Below are positions 51,165-64,000 of a DNA stretch of 64,000 nt, one piece after another. Origin of the DNA: Vicugna vicugna (lineage: Eukaryota); assembly GCA_013265495.1 (NCBI GenBank), contig MU061056.1, forward strand, positions 1,881,262 through 1,945,261, read 5' to 3'. Under the pieces are notes generated by a model that worked only from the letters and a program-made list of their open reading frames with translations, ran no database searches and was not told where the DNA came from. Numbering within the stretch: the first letter of the stretch is position 1; the number at the start of each line of letters is the position of its first letter. The translations under genes and the position numbers were made by a program.

Positions 51165-51400
51165 CTTTATAGAACATAATACAAATATTTATTGAGAACC
51201 TACTATGTGCCAGGCAGTCTTCTGGGTGTTTGATAAACATGTAGGGAAGCAAAGAGTCTCTACATTTGAAGAGCTGACATTGTTTTGCAGAAAATAAAGA
51301 GTAACAATATGTACCAGCATGTTGCATCATATATTTGAAGGTGCTGTGTGTGGGAAATGGAAACGTAGATCATGAGTAAGAAGAAATCAATTGAAATAGC
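51165..51400 (-). mobile_element. L2 3' end (antisense)
   Basis: acaaatatttattgagaacctactatgtgccaggcagtcttctggg is a near-consensus antisense L2 tail. Confidence 0.88.
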
Positions 51401-53299
51401 CCGCTGGCACCAGACCAGCTATCCGTAGCACACAACATGTATTAATTTTTAAAGCATTTTTTTGTTTTCCTTTCAGTGAAACCAGAAACTTTCCAATTGC
51501 AGATATTCAATGAATTAGAATTGCTCTTTTTCTCATCTGTATCCTGGAGATAAAATTTTCAAGGTCAGATTCCTTGTCCTGGACCAGCCCCACCACCTGT
51601 CCCTGCCCTCCTCGTAGGAAAGGAAGTGCTCCCAGCACCTCCCCACTCAGCACCTCGACATCCATCCTCACATTTCTGGACAAGTCCCTTATTTTGCTAT
51701 CCTGAAAATATTCAATATTTTCTCAGGCTGTTTTTCTATTTCTCGCATTCATCAATTCCTTCTCTCTAAAATCTTTCCTGGTCCTGTTCACCCACATGAA
51801 GAGACCGGACAATGTATTTTATTTGTGGGTTAAAATTTTTCCCAGATAACTAGCTTGTTACTTTCAGTTTTTCATTCGTGAATTATAATTTTTTCATGGC
51901 TTTTTGAATAACATTAATAAAATTTGCATATTCATCATAACAGTAAATAACACAATATAAGATGATAAATATTTAATAGCCTTTTTTCAACTTTTAGAGA
52001 ACAGTTGGAACAATTAAAACTGTTGGCCACTGTTTACTTAGAAACTGACTTTCTGGAAACAGAAGGTAAACATATTTTTAAAAATAGTTTTTAGAGTAAA
52101 TAGTAGGAAAGGAATAAATTAACCCCTTCATTAAGGTAGTCCACAAGACGACTATATTTGCAGCTGAAAAAAACTGTTATGAGATTCCAGTTATTTAAAT
52201 CAATTAAAGCTAAATCACAACAAATTTAAAAGTGAAAAATTTAATTATTATTTCCCTTACTCCCAGTAATGGAGTGATTTTTTCATATTAAAATAAATGT
52301 ACTGATTATTTTGATTTTATACAGACATGACTTTAATGTGTCTATATGCATTCAGTTAATAAATCAGTCAGTTCCATAAAATTCTAGATCCTTGGACTCT
52401 CTTTAAAAAAAAAAAGAAGGAACCTCAATACTTCTCACTTCCTCCTACCTGATTCATTCATTTCTGTAATTCTATCACCCCTCTGTCCTGAGGGCATATG
52501 AACTGACAACTCCAATCCATTCATCCAAAAAAGAAAAAAAAAAAAAGGTATAAGAAGTGGTTCCTACTTTCTCACCAAGCTTGCAACGTAGTAAAAGAAA
52601 TTAATCATCTTTCAAAAATAATTAAATACAAAAAGACAACTTAAATAGGGTTTTAAACATGTGTTTCTTCTGCTTATATCAAAATTTCAGGTGAGACATA
52701 CCCCCTCCCCACAAAAAAAACCCCAAAAAACAAAATCTGAAACCAATGCTATAGGTGCCCAACGTGCTCCAGGGTATAAAAGAGGAATTAAAGCTTGATC
52801 AGATCAGAGAGGATAGAATTCCTTTGGGAAGTTGATGACTGTGGTACCATAATACTGGGGAGGGGAGTGTTTCCCAAAAACTTAATCCAGTTGAGGTGAA
52901 CTTAAAGACAGCCGCCCAAAAACTTCAGCACGTGTCTCCTGGTGTTTGGGGAATCCAGAGAATGATGTCTGACTGCTTCCAGAAGTCTAAAGGCTAATGG
53001 CAGCAGGGGTGACCAAGCTGGTGGCCAACCCAAGGAGCAAAGAGCAGAGTTGGAAATGAACTGCCTATCAGTCAAAGGGGGCCATCCTGGCAGAAAGGAG
53101 CCAGCAGGGAGCTGGGGAGATGGATGCTAAGGAACGAAGGAGCCTCATGATCCTCCTTCACCACATTAGGTTTTCCAATTTAAAATAGTCCCCAGAGTAC
53201 ATGTGTACACACACGAATGTTGGGAAGAATAAATTAGATTGATTATACACGGAATTTAACTTTTAAAGCCACACCTAAAGGACTTTATTTTTTACCTGT

Positions 53300-53950
53300 G
53301 AGTAATCATATAAGATTACTTGAGATCTCACCCCACGGTCTGGACATACAGCTTGTTGAAAGGAGGTTGAAAGGTGGCAGAGAAATAATAAAGTCGTTCT
53401 CTTTCGATGCCCTTTCTGGTCCTGCTCCTTCAGTGAAGTTACACGACAGAAGATTAGTACCAGTGAACACCAAGGATGTTCATCCTGGCACACAGAAAAT
53501 TCAAAGCAAAGAAATCACTGTGCATTGCAAGAGGACAACAACATTTTCATGAAAGAGAAGAAAGGATTGGACAAGAGTTGGGCACTGGTTACAGGTGACA
53601 TCAGAGTTCAGACATTATGAAGTCTGTGGATACCTCAAATCATGGCCCCAGTGCCTAGATATTTCAGTGGATCACTCCACATAACTAACTAAAAGCTGGA
53701 GATTATCATTATCAGCCTCTGCCATTAAGTAAACCAAGCTGTGAAGAAATATATTAGACTACCATTTCTGGAAGAGTGGGATTCTAGAGTCAAATGAATA
53801 AGAAGAGGTGAATGGAAGAGAGGAAAGGAAATAAAAGGAGTGGCTCATTCAATGGAAGTGACAGACTGGAGACAGATCATTTGAAAAGCAACCCAGAGAA
53901 GAGGTCCATCAAAGAAAAGCTGTCCGCAGAAGTTTCTCATGTCACTTTGA
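53300..53950 (-). mobile_element. Highly decayed L2 ORF2 remnant (tentative)
   Basis: ctttcgatgccctttctggtcctgctccttcagtgaagt and purine-rich flanks resemble antisense L2 ORF2. Weak by-eye match. Confidence 0.35.
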
Positions 53951-55482
53951 ATAATATTTAACTAAACCCATAGAAGTGAGCATGGTCATGGGAAGAGTTC
54001 TGAACTTGAAGCTGTCTTTCTACCTAGTTGTACATCAAACTCCTGAAGATGTTTATCCTGAGTGTTGAGAAAGACAATCCTCCATAGCTCTCCTGGGCTC
54101 CTTGGGCGCCTTTCGTGCTATGTTTGTCAAGGATGCAGAGCCCTGATGGCTCCTTACGGGGACCATTTCTTATGTTTACAGAGAACCACCTCGAGAGATG
54201 ATGTAATGTCTGCCTCTGAAACAAAGCGCAGGTTTACTTACTGCTTGCTATCAAAACAATGGATTCCTTAAGTTCACTGTTTCTCAGCTGCAGTGCAAAC
54301 CCACAGGACGTATAGCATTCATCAGGGCCCTTCTGTATCACCCCCCCAGGCAGGGACGAGGGAGACCATCACAAACCTGGTGATGCTCACACTGCTTGTT
54401 GTGCTCTGAGTGACAGAGTCCTTTGTCTCCGACCCACCAGTCTCGTGTCTTCCAGTTTCCATGAAACATCAACAGACTAACTTACTGGCTTGCAAGTAGG
54501 ATAAGCTCTCCAACCCCACAGTCATCACTGATACGTATAGTCTCTGCAATGCACATAGCTTTCCCTGGTTGGGTACCATTCTGGGGTATTCCAGATACTA
54601 TATTTGGAAAGCTCTTATGTTGCTAGTCTAGGCATTCCTTCTTTTTTGGAGAACTTTAATTGTTAACACCTCAAAACAAATTAATAACGTGTATACCTGG
54701 GTAAGTCAGAATCCTCTTCTGACTTGTTCATTTAGTGCTCATCTTTAAATATTCATCTTTACAATAAGCTTCAAGGTGTTTCAAACTCAGGTCAGCAAGT
54801 TCTTGTCATCTGAACCTTCCAGTTCTTCCTCATCTCACCAACTTTTGCTACTTCTCTTTCTACTCCGGAGACCTGTTCTGCACACACCTGCACAAATGCA
54901 CAGGATTTAAATTAAGGGCAGGAAGATGGTATTTTGGTCTTTCCTGTACTCATCTTGTGACATTGACTGTCGCCTGGACATGTCAAAGAGTTACCGTAAC
55001 ATTATACCAATATCTGATATAATAAACAGATGTCTCAATATATATACTATTTTTATGATCCTATGAATGGCAGGCAGCACTAAGGTAAATATGAGGATGA
55101 ATAGTCTTATTAATGTCAAAAACAGCAATATTTTCAATAAACTTAGGACAAAGTGTCTTCTAGTCCTTTGGAACCAATACTGAAGACTCGTGAAAATATG
55201 AACTTCTTCTCAGACTCATAAAGACGTAAGAAGAGATCGTGACATAATCAAAACAATATACATTAAGAAGCACGGTTGTTTCATTGTCAGCACACTTCAC
55301 ATTTACCAACCCTGGGTGTTTTTACATGATAATGGCATAATTACAGTAATGACCTTAGAAGTTATTCTTAGCAGAGTATCACCACAGAGTGCAATCGATT
55401 TCTACACAAGCTATAAATGCCTTCCTCAACCTTACAGGTTATTCTAAATGCGAAGCACAAACTCTCATTCATAACTGCTTAA

Positions 55483-55678
55483 NNNNNNNNNNNNNNNNNN
55501 NNNNNNNNNNNNNNNNNNNNNNNNNNNNNNNNNNNNNNNNNNNNNNNNNNNNNNNNNNNNNNNNNNNNNNNNNNNNNNNNNNNNNNNNNNNNNNNNNNNN
55601 NNNNNNNNNNNNNNNNNNNNNNNNNNNNNNNNNNNNNNNNNNNNNNNNNNNNNNNNNNNNNNNNNNNNNNNNNNNNNN
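55483..55678. other. Assembly gap (196 N)
   Basis: Run of n. Confidence 0.99.
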
Positions 55679-57839
55679 TTAACAACGTATTAAATCTATT
55701 GGCTATCAAGCATTTACCCAACGATAAAGTCAGCGCGTCCAGGTTATTTAGTTGATGAGTTATAAAATTTTGCAAAGTTATGGAGCACGACTGAGTCACT
55801 CCTTGAGATGCTGACATTAATAAAGTCTCTGTTTCAAGTTAATCTTGGTAGCTCTCTGGGCCACATTCTGTTTAGCAAAGCAACACATTTACCATCTACT
55901 TTTGTATTGGGGGGCACTGGAGAAGTGGACAGGATACATGCCTATCATGTCATCTTCCTAAATGAGCTTTTTCTCTCATTACAGTTATCAAGTTACTAGA
56001 CCCAAAGTGGAACAATGAAAAAAATCCGATCAGTTGAATCTTTTGTGTTTCTAGGAACTGGGAAGGATAGTGTGGCTGTTTAGTAAAATCACTATTTTGA
56101 ATTTTTGTTGAAAGTTTTTTAAAAGCCTTGCTTTGGCATGAAGTAACTCTAAGCCCAAGTCACATAACCAGGCCATTTTACTGAAGGATGACGCATGAAG
56201 GACGCATAACTGGCTCCGAATGTTCCGTAGACTACGCCCCCACCTCTGCAGCGTGTTTTGAAAGGTCTTTAAACTTCAGTGTCTCCTCCAAATGAGCCTG
56301 GAATTTCTACCGTGAGAAATAGTACTTCGGGTTAGGCATTTATCCAGAAAGCTTCTGTAAATGCAAATATACTACAGAGCATGGATGAAACATTAATCTT
56401 TGGTCTTTATTATTGAATTCATGGAAACTCTTTTTTTTTTTACTGAGAAAAGGTAGAAAGGACCAAAAAAAAGCTAAATCAGAAAAAGATGAGAAGGGTG
56501 ATAGTAGCACGTTTCTATTGAGGACAGAAGCCTGGGCAGTCATATAAAATAGGAGTATGTATAGAGGTGGGGGAGGGGGAAGGGATATACCCAGGAACCC
56601 AAAGGGCCCTGGGAAACTTCCGTGTATCAGCATAGAATAGAAGGTCATTGAAGAGAATTGGAACTGGCATCAAAGACAAACGCCCCTTGCTGGGTGATTT
56701 TGCCTAAGGCCATCCATAAAAATCACCCTGTGAAGGTTTTTTGGTATTTTTTTTTTATCCCAGCCCTGGAAGCTACCAAACTTCCACGCCTTTAATGAAA
56801 ATGGAGCTTTTCCTAATTCAGAATAAGAATAATTGATTCTAACTTTGTAAATTGAATCAAAAGATAAAGTCCTATCATCATAAATTTCACTTACAGTTCA
56901 AGCCATATCACCATAGCTGCCAATCATCGACTAAATTCATCCGCACTGGAAGTTGGTTGTCAGGAATAAAATGGGTCCTCTTTTAAAACTCTACTCCGGT
57001 TACACTCCCAGCCATAGGCAGACATGCACTCTTAATGCGACAAGTCTAGTCCATGGATTTTTGTCTTCTGATATTGAAAATACCCACACACCCGCCCAGC
57101 ATCATTTGCTACTCAGCGACCTCACCAAAGATTCCAAAGACTGTGGCCATTTCAGGCCACCTAAGGGTTAACAGTTCTGTCCCGGCTCTTACTTTAGTGG
57201 TGTCATTGTGATGCAGTCTACAAAGCCCTATTCTAACGACTTTCAGGACCAACTTGGAAGCATTTTGTGATAATGGTGCTCATTGTAACTGGATTTGACC
57301 TGTGGTTAACTCATAGCGGCAACTAAAAATGCACATATTTAACCACACAGTATAATTCTAACCCACACCAGGCTTTATAGTCAGCCTACTGATGTCACCA
57401 AAAAATACAATGGAATTGATTAGCGAGTCGCATTCAAGCGACTCAATATATTTCTTGTGTATTTTTTAGGGAAGAGATGTGCAATTGTGGTGTGCAGGCA
57501 GCTTGCGTTTCCTTCTCTTCCAGACCGGTTATATTCAATATGCTCAAAGCAGTTAATTAGTTTAGAGTATACATGGGTCTCAGTTTTTCCTGGAAGGAAG
57601 TTGATGAAGTTGATTTTTCAACAGTAAAATTCCCCTTTCTTTCTGAGTGTATGTATGTGTGGCTTTACGTCACCCTTAAAGATGTATAAGAGTATTATGT
57701 TGGAAATCCACACTAATCGAAGCAAAGAGTTTAATGGACCTGGTAAAGGTAAGGACATGCCATACTTCAGCTGATTGCGTCTCGTTTAGGACGCAGGATG
57801 GTATCCTGGTCTTCCTTTCAGGTACGACTTGAGTCTGCA

Positions 57840-58131
57840 NNNNNNNNNNNNNNNNNNNNNNNNNNNNNNNNNNNNNNNNNNNNNNNNNNNNNNNNNNNNN
57901 NNNNNNNNNNNNNNNNNNNNNNNNNNNNNNNNNNNNNNNNNNNNNNNNNNNNNNNNNNNNNNNNNNNNNNNNNNNNNNNNNNNNNNNNNNNNNNNNNNNN
58001 NNNNNNNNNNNNNNNNNNNNNNNNNNNNNNNNNNNNNNNNNNNNNNNNNNNNNNNNNNNNNNNNNNNNNNNNNNNNNNNNNNNNNNNNNNNNNNNNNNNN
58101 NNNNNNNNNNNNNNNNNNNNNNNNNNNNNNN
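57840..58131. other. Assembly gap (292 N)
   Basis: Run of n. Confidence 0.99.
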
Positions 58132-59024
58132 GAGAAAAATAAATGATTTGTCTGCTATAAAACATTGTAAATAAAAGATGGACCAAGGTTTAAAAAAGTG
58201 ATTTTTATCATAACTTCAAACTTGAAATGGATTTACCAGAATGAGGCTACATAAGGCCAATTCTTCCTTTATCTTTTTGTTCTTGTTGTTTAAACTCTAA
58301 AGGCGCAGAAGAAAGGTCGTCTTTAATGCTACCAAGTTATTGGGATTTTTATGTTAAAAATTATTAAGATCTTAATGTACAGAAGGGACTAAATTTTACT
58401 TTTTATTTTACTAAGTAAAGAAAAAAAGATCAATTTCTTTCTTCTTTAGAAAAAGAAAAAATTATTGAGAAGAAAGATAAACATCAGAAATAAGAAGCTG
58501 ATTTTTTTTTTATGTTAAAACCCACTTGTTTCAAGCTGATGTAATGCCAGCTTAAATCAATTTAAGTTGCTTGTACTCTGCGCTTTGATTAACCAGAAAA
58601 GGCTTGGTCGGGCAGGAAAGGTTGGGGAATACTTCCTTTCTCTGAAATCTGTGAAAGAGCTTCCCTTATCTTTGGGGAAAACGTCTGAAACACACAGGAG
58701 TTTTACTCAGTGAATTAAGAGGCTCAGTCATATTACTGACACTCCATCTCCTGTTTGTTTTCTCGGGGTTTTCAAGATGTGCAAAATATAAATCAAAATG
58801 CAATTTATTCCTAATAACACCTTTCTGTCTATGGAATTACAAGCATTTATAATTGTATTTACAGTACAGTACTATTCCAAGAAATCTGTCAAATTATCAG
58901 TGTCATTTTATAGATAAGGAGGCAGTGACCGAAATATTATGACCGCCCTCCATGGTCTATGAGGATAAGAATGAACCGACATCTTACAACACACTTTCTC
59001 CCTAGCAAATGTTTAATGAGAAAG

Positions 59025-59190
59025 CAGTGTGACCTTGGGCAAGTCACAAAAAACTTTTTTGTACTCCAACTTCCCTATCCGTAAAAGTGGGGATCATAAC
59101 AGGGCCTACCTTATGAAGTCAGCGTGAGAGTCAAGCAGAGTAACGCACGCTAACACACAGAGCATGCCTTCGTGTAAATGTTAGGTATTC
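59025..59190 (+). mobile_element. MIR SINE
   Basis: gtgtgaccttgggcaagtcac; caacttccctatccgtaaaagtggggatcataacagggcctaccttatga; gtgagagtcaagcagagtaacgcacg. Confidence 0.85.
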
Positions 59191-59229
59191 ATGCTGTATT
59201 CGCTGTATCACCCCCTCTAGCTATGAGCT

Positions 59230-59885
59230 CTGTCCCGAGAGCTGTAAGCCACCAGAGTCTGCTGGTTCTTCCTTTGCACAATCTTTTTCATTCTTTCTTT
59301 CTTTTCCATCCCGGTTGTTTCTTTCTAGAGCTTCCCCTTGAGATCTCTTGCCCAAATACTAAGCGTCTCAATTGCAATCTGTCTCTCTCCCTGCCCAGCT
59401 TCTCTAAAGCACCCACAATCAGGCCCCCCCTCAGCCTCAAACCTGCTAAAGGTTTCCTCCCTCCTGAGTGCAGCCCACGTGCTCACCTCGCGTCCGAGCA
59501 AGGCACCCCAGTAACTGGTGCCATCCATCACCTTCCCATCCATTCTTAACTCCCTGGGGGCTACACAACTCTTGCCTCCAGCCAGCCCTCCCTGCTCAGC
59601 TTAGGTTTTTCCTCTTCTGCACTGGTATCTTTCCATTTTCTTCCCCATCCTTCAAGACTGAGACAAATACTGTTTCCAGGACAGTCCCTTCCCAGATCTG
59701 CCCACCTCTGGGCTCTAAATACATCTCTTTCATACCATTCCTACACCACTTACCCTATTTGCCTCCTAGCATAAATATTCATGAGCCTGTTTCTTTTCTA
59801 TTATATCAGATCCTTGTTCCTAGCCTCAGCACGAAACTCAGGTCTGGTACTTGGTGGATACTCAATAAACACCTATAAATGGGTC
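59230..59885 (+). mobile_element. L2 LINE remnant (sense)
   Basis: ctcagcctcaaacctgctaaa; tcctagcctcagcacgaaactcaggtctggtacttggtggatactcaataaacacctataaatg (L2 tail). Confidence 0.75.
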
Positions 59886-60059
59886 TTTTTGCATGACTGT
59901 GTGAATGTTGTTCAGTGCAGGGTGCTGTCTCTTGCACGACTAAGAGTCAGGGTGTGAAGCAGCCATCAACAGGTCATCTATGAATTAATTAGTCAGTTAG
60001 TCTGAAAAGCTTGTGAACGCTGTATGTCTTTTGCCTACCCTCACCTTCTCTCTCAATGA

Positions 60060-60300
60060 CCATTTCTTTCTATTCATCATTTCCTGATTTCTTTCTCTGT
60101 GTCATGCGTGATGTTGGTGCCAGTGATCTGGAGGTGAAGAAGACAGTGGTTGTCACAACCAGTAACAGTCTTAGAGAATAACAGAGAGGCTGCGCTAAAG
60201 CCATTGTGAGAGGGAGGTGTGATGGCTTTATGGCAGGGATTGTCCGGGGGATTACAGACAGAACAAATGGGGGATCTGACTTGGGCTGGGGGGTCACGGA
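60060..60300 (-). mobile_element. L2 3' region (antisense, decayed)
   Basis: ttctttctattcatcatttcctgatt; gtgccagtgatctggaggtgaagaagacagtggttgtc, followed by purine-rich sequence. Confidence 0.5.
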
Positions 60301-60325
60301 AGAGCTCCCTGAGAAAGCGATTTTT

Positions 60326-60904
60326 TTTTAACATTTTTTTGTTGCGTAATAGTCATTTTACAATGTTGTATCAAATTCCAGTGTAGAGCACAATGTTTCA
60401 GTTATACATGAACATACATACATTCACTGTCACATTCTCTTTTGCTGTGAGCTCCAAGATATTGTATATATTTCCCTGTGCTACACAGTACAATCTTGTT
60501 TATCTATTCTACATTTTGAAATCCCAGTCTGTCCCTTCCCACCCCCACCTTGGCAACTACAAGTTTGTATTCTATGTCTATGAGTCTGTTTCTGTTTTGT
60601 ATTTATGTTGGGTTATTTTTAGATTCTGCATATGAGCAATCTCATATGGTATTTTTCTTTCTCTTTCTGGCTTACTTCACTTAGAATGACATCGTCCAGG
60701 AACATCCATGTTGCTGCAAATGGTGTTATGTTGTCAGTTTTTACAGCTGAATAGTTTTCCATCATATAAATATACCACATCTTCTTTATCTAGTCCTCTG
60801 TCGATGGACATTTAGGCTGTTTCCATGTCTTGGCTATTGTAAATAGTGCTGCTATGAACATTGGGGTGCAGGTTCTTTCTGGATATATGCCCAGGAGTGG
60901 GATT
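60326..60904 (-). mobile_element. Young 5'-truncated L1 3' end, camelid type
   Basis: agtcattttacaatgttgtatcaaattccagtgtagagcacaat; tttccctgtgctacacagtacaatcttg; ttacttcacttagaatgac; ggatatatgcccaggagtgggatt. Flanked by an 18-bp TSD with 2 mismatches: cctgagaaagcgattttt (60308-60325) and cctgaggaagcaattttt (60905-60922). Confidence 0.92.
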
Positions 60905-61549
60905 CCTGAGGAAGCAATTTTTAAACCAAGACCCAAGGAAAGCCCAGGGTGAGCCATTATTGTGTGACATCCTTTAGGCTAATTCCATCCTTCTGGGCCT
61001 TTTTCTTTGGGTTTAGAGTTATTTCTCTTATATCTTGGCTTTACTACAAGAGCAGAGAACTTTCTTGGATTCCTTGTTATATGTTTCGCTCTTAAAACCA
61101 TAAAACAATCTTAGAGGAAAAGGATATGAACTCTGATCAGTGTAAATGTGGCCTTCAGTCTTGAAACTGACTTCTTAGTTGTCCCAGTCACCTTTCTCCC
61201 AAAGTGGAAACATAAAGGAGCCTCTTGGAGCTGCCTCCATCCCTAGTGAAAAGACCATGATCCCACTTAAGACGTGGTCCTCAGGTGAGCATGAAGGGGT
61301 GCCTTTGAATTGTCTCCTCCACATTCCATCCAGGTCTACCACAGACCCTTCCTATGTGGTGTGGCCACCAGGGGCAGCCCCTGGGCCACATCCAACACAG
61401 TCTTGCCTTGTCAGCTTTCAGCTGCTATCATCCTTTAGCTCTGGGTATGTAAATAAGAAAACCCAAGTGAATCCTGACGTGGAATGCAGCTACCTTTCAC
61501 TGATGTTTGCCACTGTGTGAGGCTAGGCCTATATTCCGGACTTCCTAAC

Positions 61550-61650
61550 ATTTTATAACTGGAAGGGCCTTAGAGATCATGCTATCTCACACCTTCATTA
61601 TACAGATGGGAAAACAAAGATGTGGAAAATTAAATTGATTTGGGGCCTTT
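61550..61650 (-). mobile_element. MIR/MIR3 fragment
   Basis: ggaagggccttagagatcatgctatctcacaccttcattatacagatgggaaaacaaag. Confidence 0.75.
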
Positions 61651-61684
61651 TATGGTTCTCTAGAAAATCACAACCTTTGGAACC

Positions 61685-61865
61685 AGAAAAATCTGGAGTC
61701 TCATTCTCTTATTAGCTAGGCAAAGTAATGAATCTCTGTATCTTGCTTCAATTTCCTCATTTTGGAAAAAGGCTAATAATTCCTACTTTGCCGAGTAGTT
61801 GAGGGAGTTAGAACCGGTGTGCATAAAACGCTTATAAGCACTTGATAACTGATAACTGTTATCAT
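61685..61865 (+). mobile_element. MIR SINE
   Basis: tctggagtctcattctcttattagctaggcaaagt; cttcaatttcctcattttggaaaaaggctaataattcctact; gcataaaacgcttataagcacttgataactgataactgttatcat. Confidence 0.75.
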
Positions 61866-62599
61866 ATGTTCACCTTCCCTTGTCCATTGCAAAAGGGACA
61901 GGACACTGAGTGGCCAACACAAGCCTAGAACTCACGTCTCCCTGCCTGATGACCTTTCTCTGCACAACGTACAACCTGGTCACGGTTTTTACGGGTTCAT
62001 GGATTCTCATCAGCTCTGTTTGGAAGTAACAAACAAACTCATCCTGCCTCCTGGGCACTTCAAGTCCTTTGAGACTTTCCTGTGGCCTGGGGAATCAGGT
62101 ACACAATTTGTAATTTTATTCAGCAGTGAAATGCCACTGTGGTAGCAAAAAAAGAAAGCTAAAGCAATATTTCAACTCAAAGAACCAGGTCTGGCATCCT
62201 GAATAAAAGACTCTTTTAATAGGAAGAATAATCTATCAATTTTGTGAAAGGGCTGTTGGAAGAGGCTCGAAGTCCGACTGCAATATAAACCATAAATGGT
62301 ACGTTGTCCTAGTTTTCTGCTGAAAATTGTATGTTAGCACTAAAGAACGGAATTTCTTCTGCCTCAGCCTGCATTTTTAGAACATGTTACACAGACAAGT
62401 CTATTTTCTAAGGGTTAATAAATGACATTAGAAAGAGAGATGGTGTGGAGCCAATGAAGATAATAATAATTATGTTAGCAATCTTGTGCATTTCCACACT
62501 TAAAGTGCAAAGAAAAAAATCTGTGTTTCTGCCCGTGAAAGGAAAACCCTCTCCTTTTTCTTATTGTTCTGTGCACTTTGTGGTGTTCGATTACACTAA

Positions 62600-63150
62600 G
62601 ATAGGGTTGCAGTCCTAGTCCTGCAGGAATGAAGTCATGTGTCCCTGGCTGGGGGTCCAGGGAGCTCATTTCTGGTCTCAGCCACTTGAGTGTGCTCTAG
62701 AATAGGCATGAAGCTGGTCTGTTCACCAAAAAGGTGGAAGGATTCCTAGGAAAAGCTCCTGGAGGCTTTGAAGGGATGTTCTCCATGGAGAACAAGCCCG
62801 GAAGATGTAAGTTAGAACCCCAGGCTAGTCCTTCAGTGTTTTAATATAGGCAGGGGTGCCGACAAGACAAAGGAGAGAGTCAAAATGGAAAGATTTGTAA
62901 AAGCAACCTGACTGTAAAAGCAAAAGCATTTTGTTCTTGTTACATATTCTGTTTATTTCTCCATCTTCTATCCGTAGTATATAAGAGCTCCAGACATCTC
63001 AGCTGAGCGGGGCAGGGGCAGGCAGGACAGTGTCTGTTCTTGGGCCAGATGTAAGAGAGAGGGAAGGGAGAGCATCGCACACGGCTGGGTCTGGTGTGCG
63101 TGGAGAGCTCGAAGACAGAGAGGGGCCTGCTGCTTCCTCCACGGGGAATC
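62600..63150 (-). mobile_element. Decayed L2 (antisense, tentative)
   Basis: Purine-rich motifs such as gggccagatgtaagagagagggaaggggagagcatc, typical of antisense L2. Confidence 0.35.
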
Positions 63151-64000
63151 TTTGAGGGTCTGGATTGATTTTGTTAACTTATTAATCGAATGTGCTTCAA
63201 CAACCAGTATTTCATCTCAGTGCCTTAAGTTACATTCGAAATATTCGTTCACTTTGCCCTGATCTAAAAATAAACACTTTGAAAATTAAATGCCAAGCAG
63301 CTGAGCAGGTGGAGAAGCATTGATCAGTGCAGGGGTTTCAGCAGAGTGGCGCGTCTGGTGATGTTCTCTGCTTAGATTTATTATGTTCTGGCTTAGATTT
63401 CTTAGAGATTTTTGCTGCCTCACTTTGAAAGGAAGCCATCTATAAAACATAATGATAATCATAATTTTGAAATACCGTCAGTTAAAATATAAGGTCCCTG
63501 AATATACAAGGTTTTTTTTGTTGTTTTTTTTTTTAATAATGGAGAGTTTGGTCTGTTCCTTGTAGGAATATAAAATGAATGGTGCTAATCCCTATTTTAC
63601 CCATAATCTGAGCATTAAATTTTTAACTTACGAAATTTAAATCAGCTTTCCTAATAAGCTATTTCAAACATGTGAGAAAATACAGATGTCCCCGCCACCG
63701 GGTCATTCCATGAGCTTGTATTTAGCTTTTCGGGAATTTTTCTGGATTCAGTCAATTACCTATACAGTGTTTACTATATTTTGAGTCCTGCTTGCCTGAA
63801 CAAAAAAAAAATTCCTGTTGAATACAGTACACATTCTGATAGGAGAAGATGGATAATAAATAATAATCATAATAAATAAATCTAAAGTATTTTAGAAAAT
63901 GCTAAGTGCAAGAGAACAATAAGGCCAATTATAGGAAATTGGGAATACCATGGCAGGACGTGAGGATAGGCTTCAATTTTATACAGGACAGCTTCAGAGA

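Noticed and set aside
53296-53484. 189-nt open minus-strand exon-like unit (DEHPWCSLVLIF...YDYSQ)
   Set aside because: It overlaps a probable decayed L2, has a weak donor (gtaaaa) and the peptide is not recognisable.
1-64000. A novel multi-gene system, CRISPR array, operon or endogenous viral gene
   Set aside because: The DNA is mammalian and repeat-rich. The longest ORFs (about 100-136 aa) are low-complexity, lie in repeats or span N gaps. I saw no regularly spaced repeat-spacer array and no recognisable viral or enzyme motif.

Overview
This is mammalian non-coding DNA (intronic or intergenic, AT-rich, seven short N gaps). It is most likely camelid, judged from a tRNA-Ala-derived SINE at 12304 and a young L1 3' end at 60326. 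I recognise no protein-coding exon, RNA gene, CRISPR array or prokaryotic/viral system. The short ORFs in the track are chance ORFs, N-gap artefacts or decayed L1 ORF2. What I can support is a layered transposon record: many L2 and MIR fragments, several antisense L1 pieces (one ~5 kb with a nested SINE and a nested MLT1 LTR, both with target-site duplications), MLT1 and MER21 solo LTRs, MER20 and microsatellites. Repeat families were called by eye against remembered consensus motifs, so subfamily names and most boundaries are approximate. The hunt found no convincing novel system. The best leads are modest: a stop-containing exon-like unit next to a (UG)n tract (TDP-43-type cryptic exon architecture), other exon-like units, a short CpG-dense patch, apparent GC-biased decay in old L1 copies, an internally deleted L1 and candidate enhancers.
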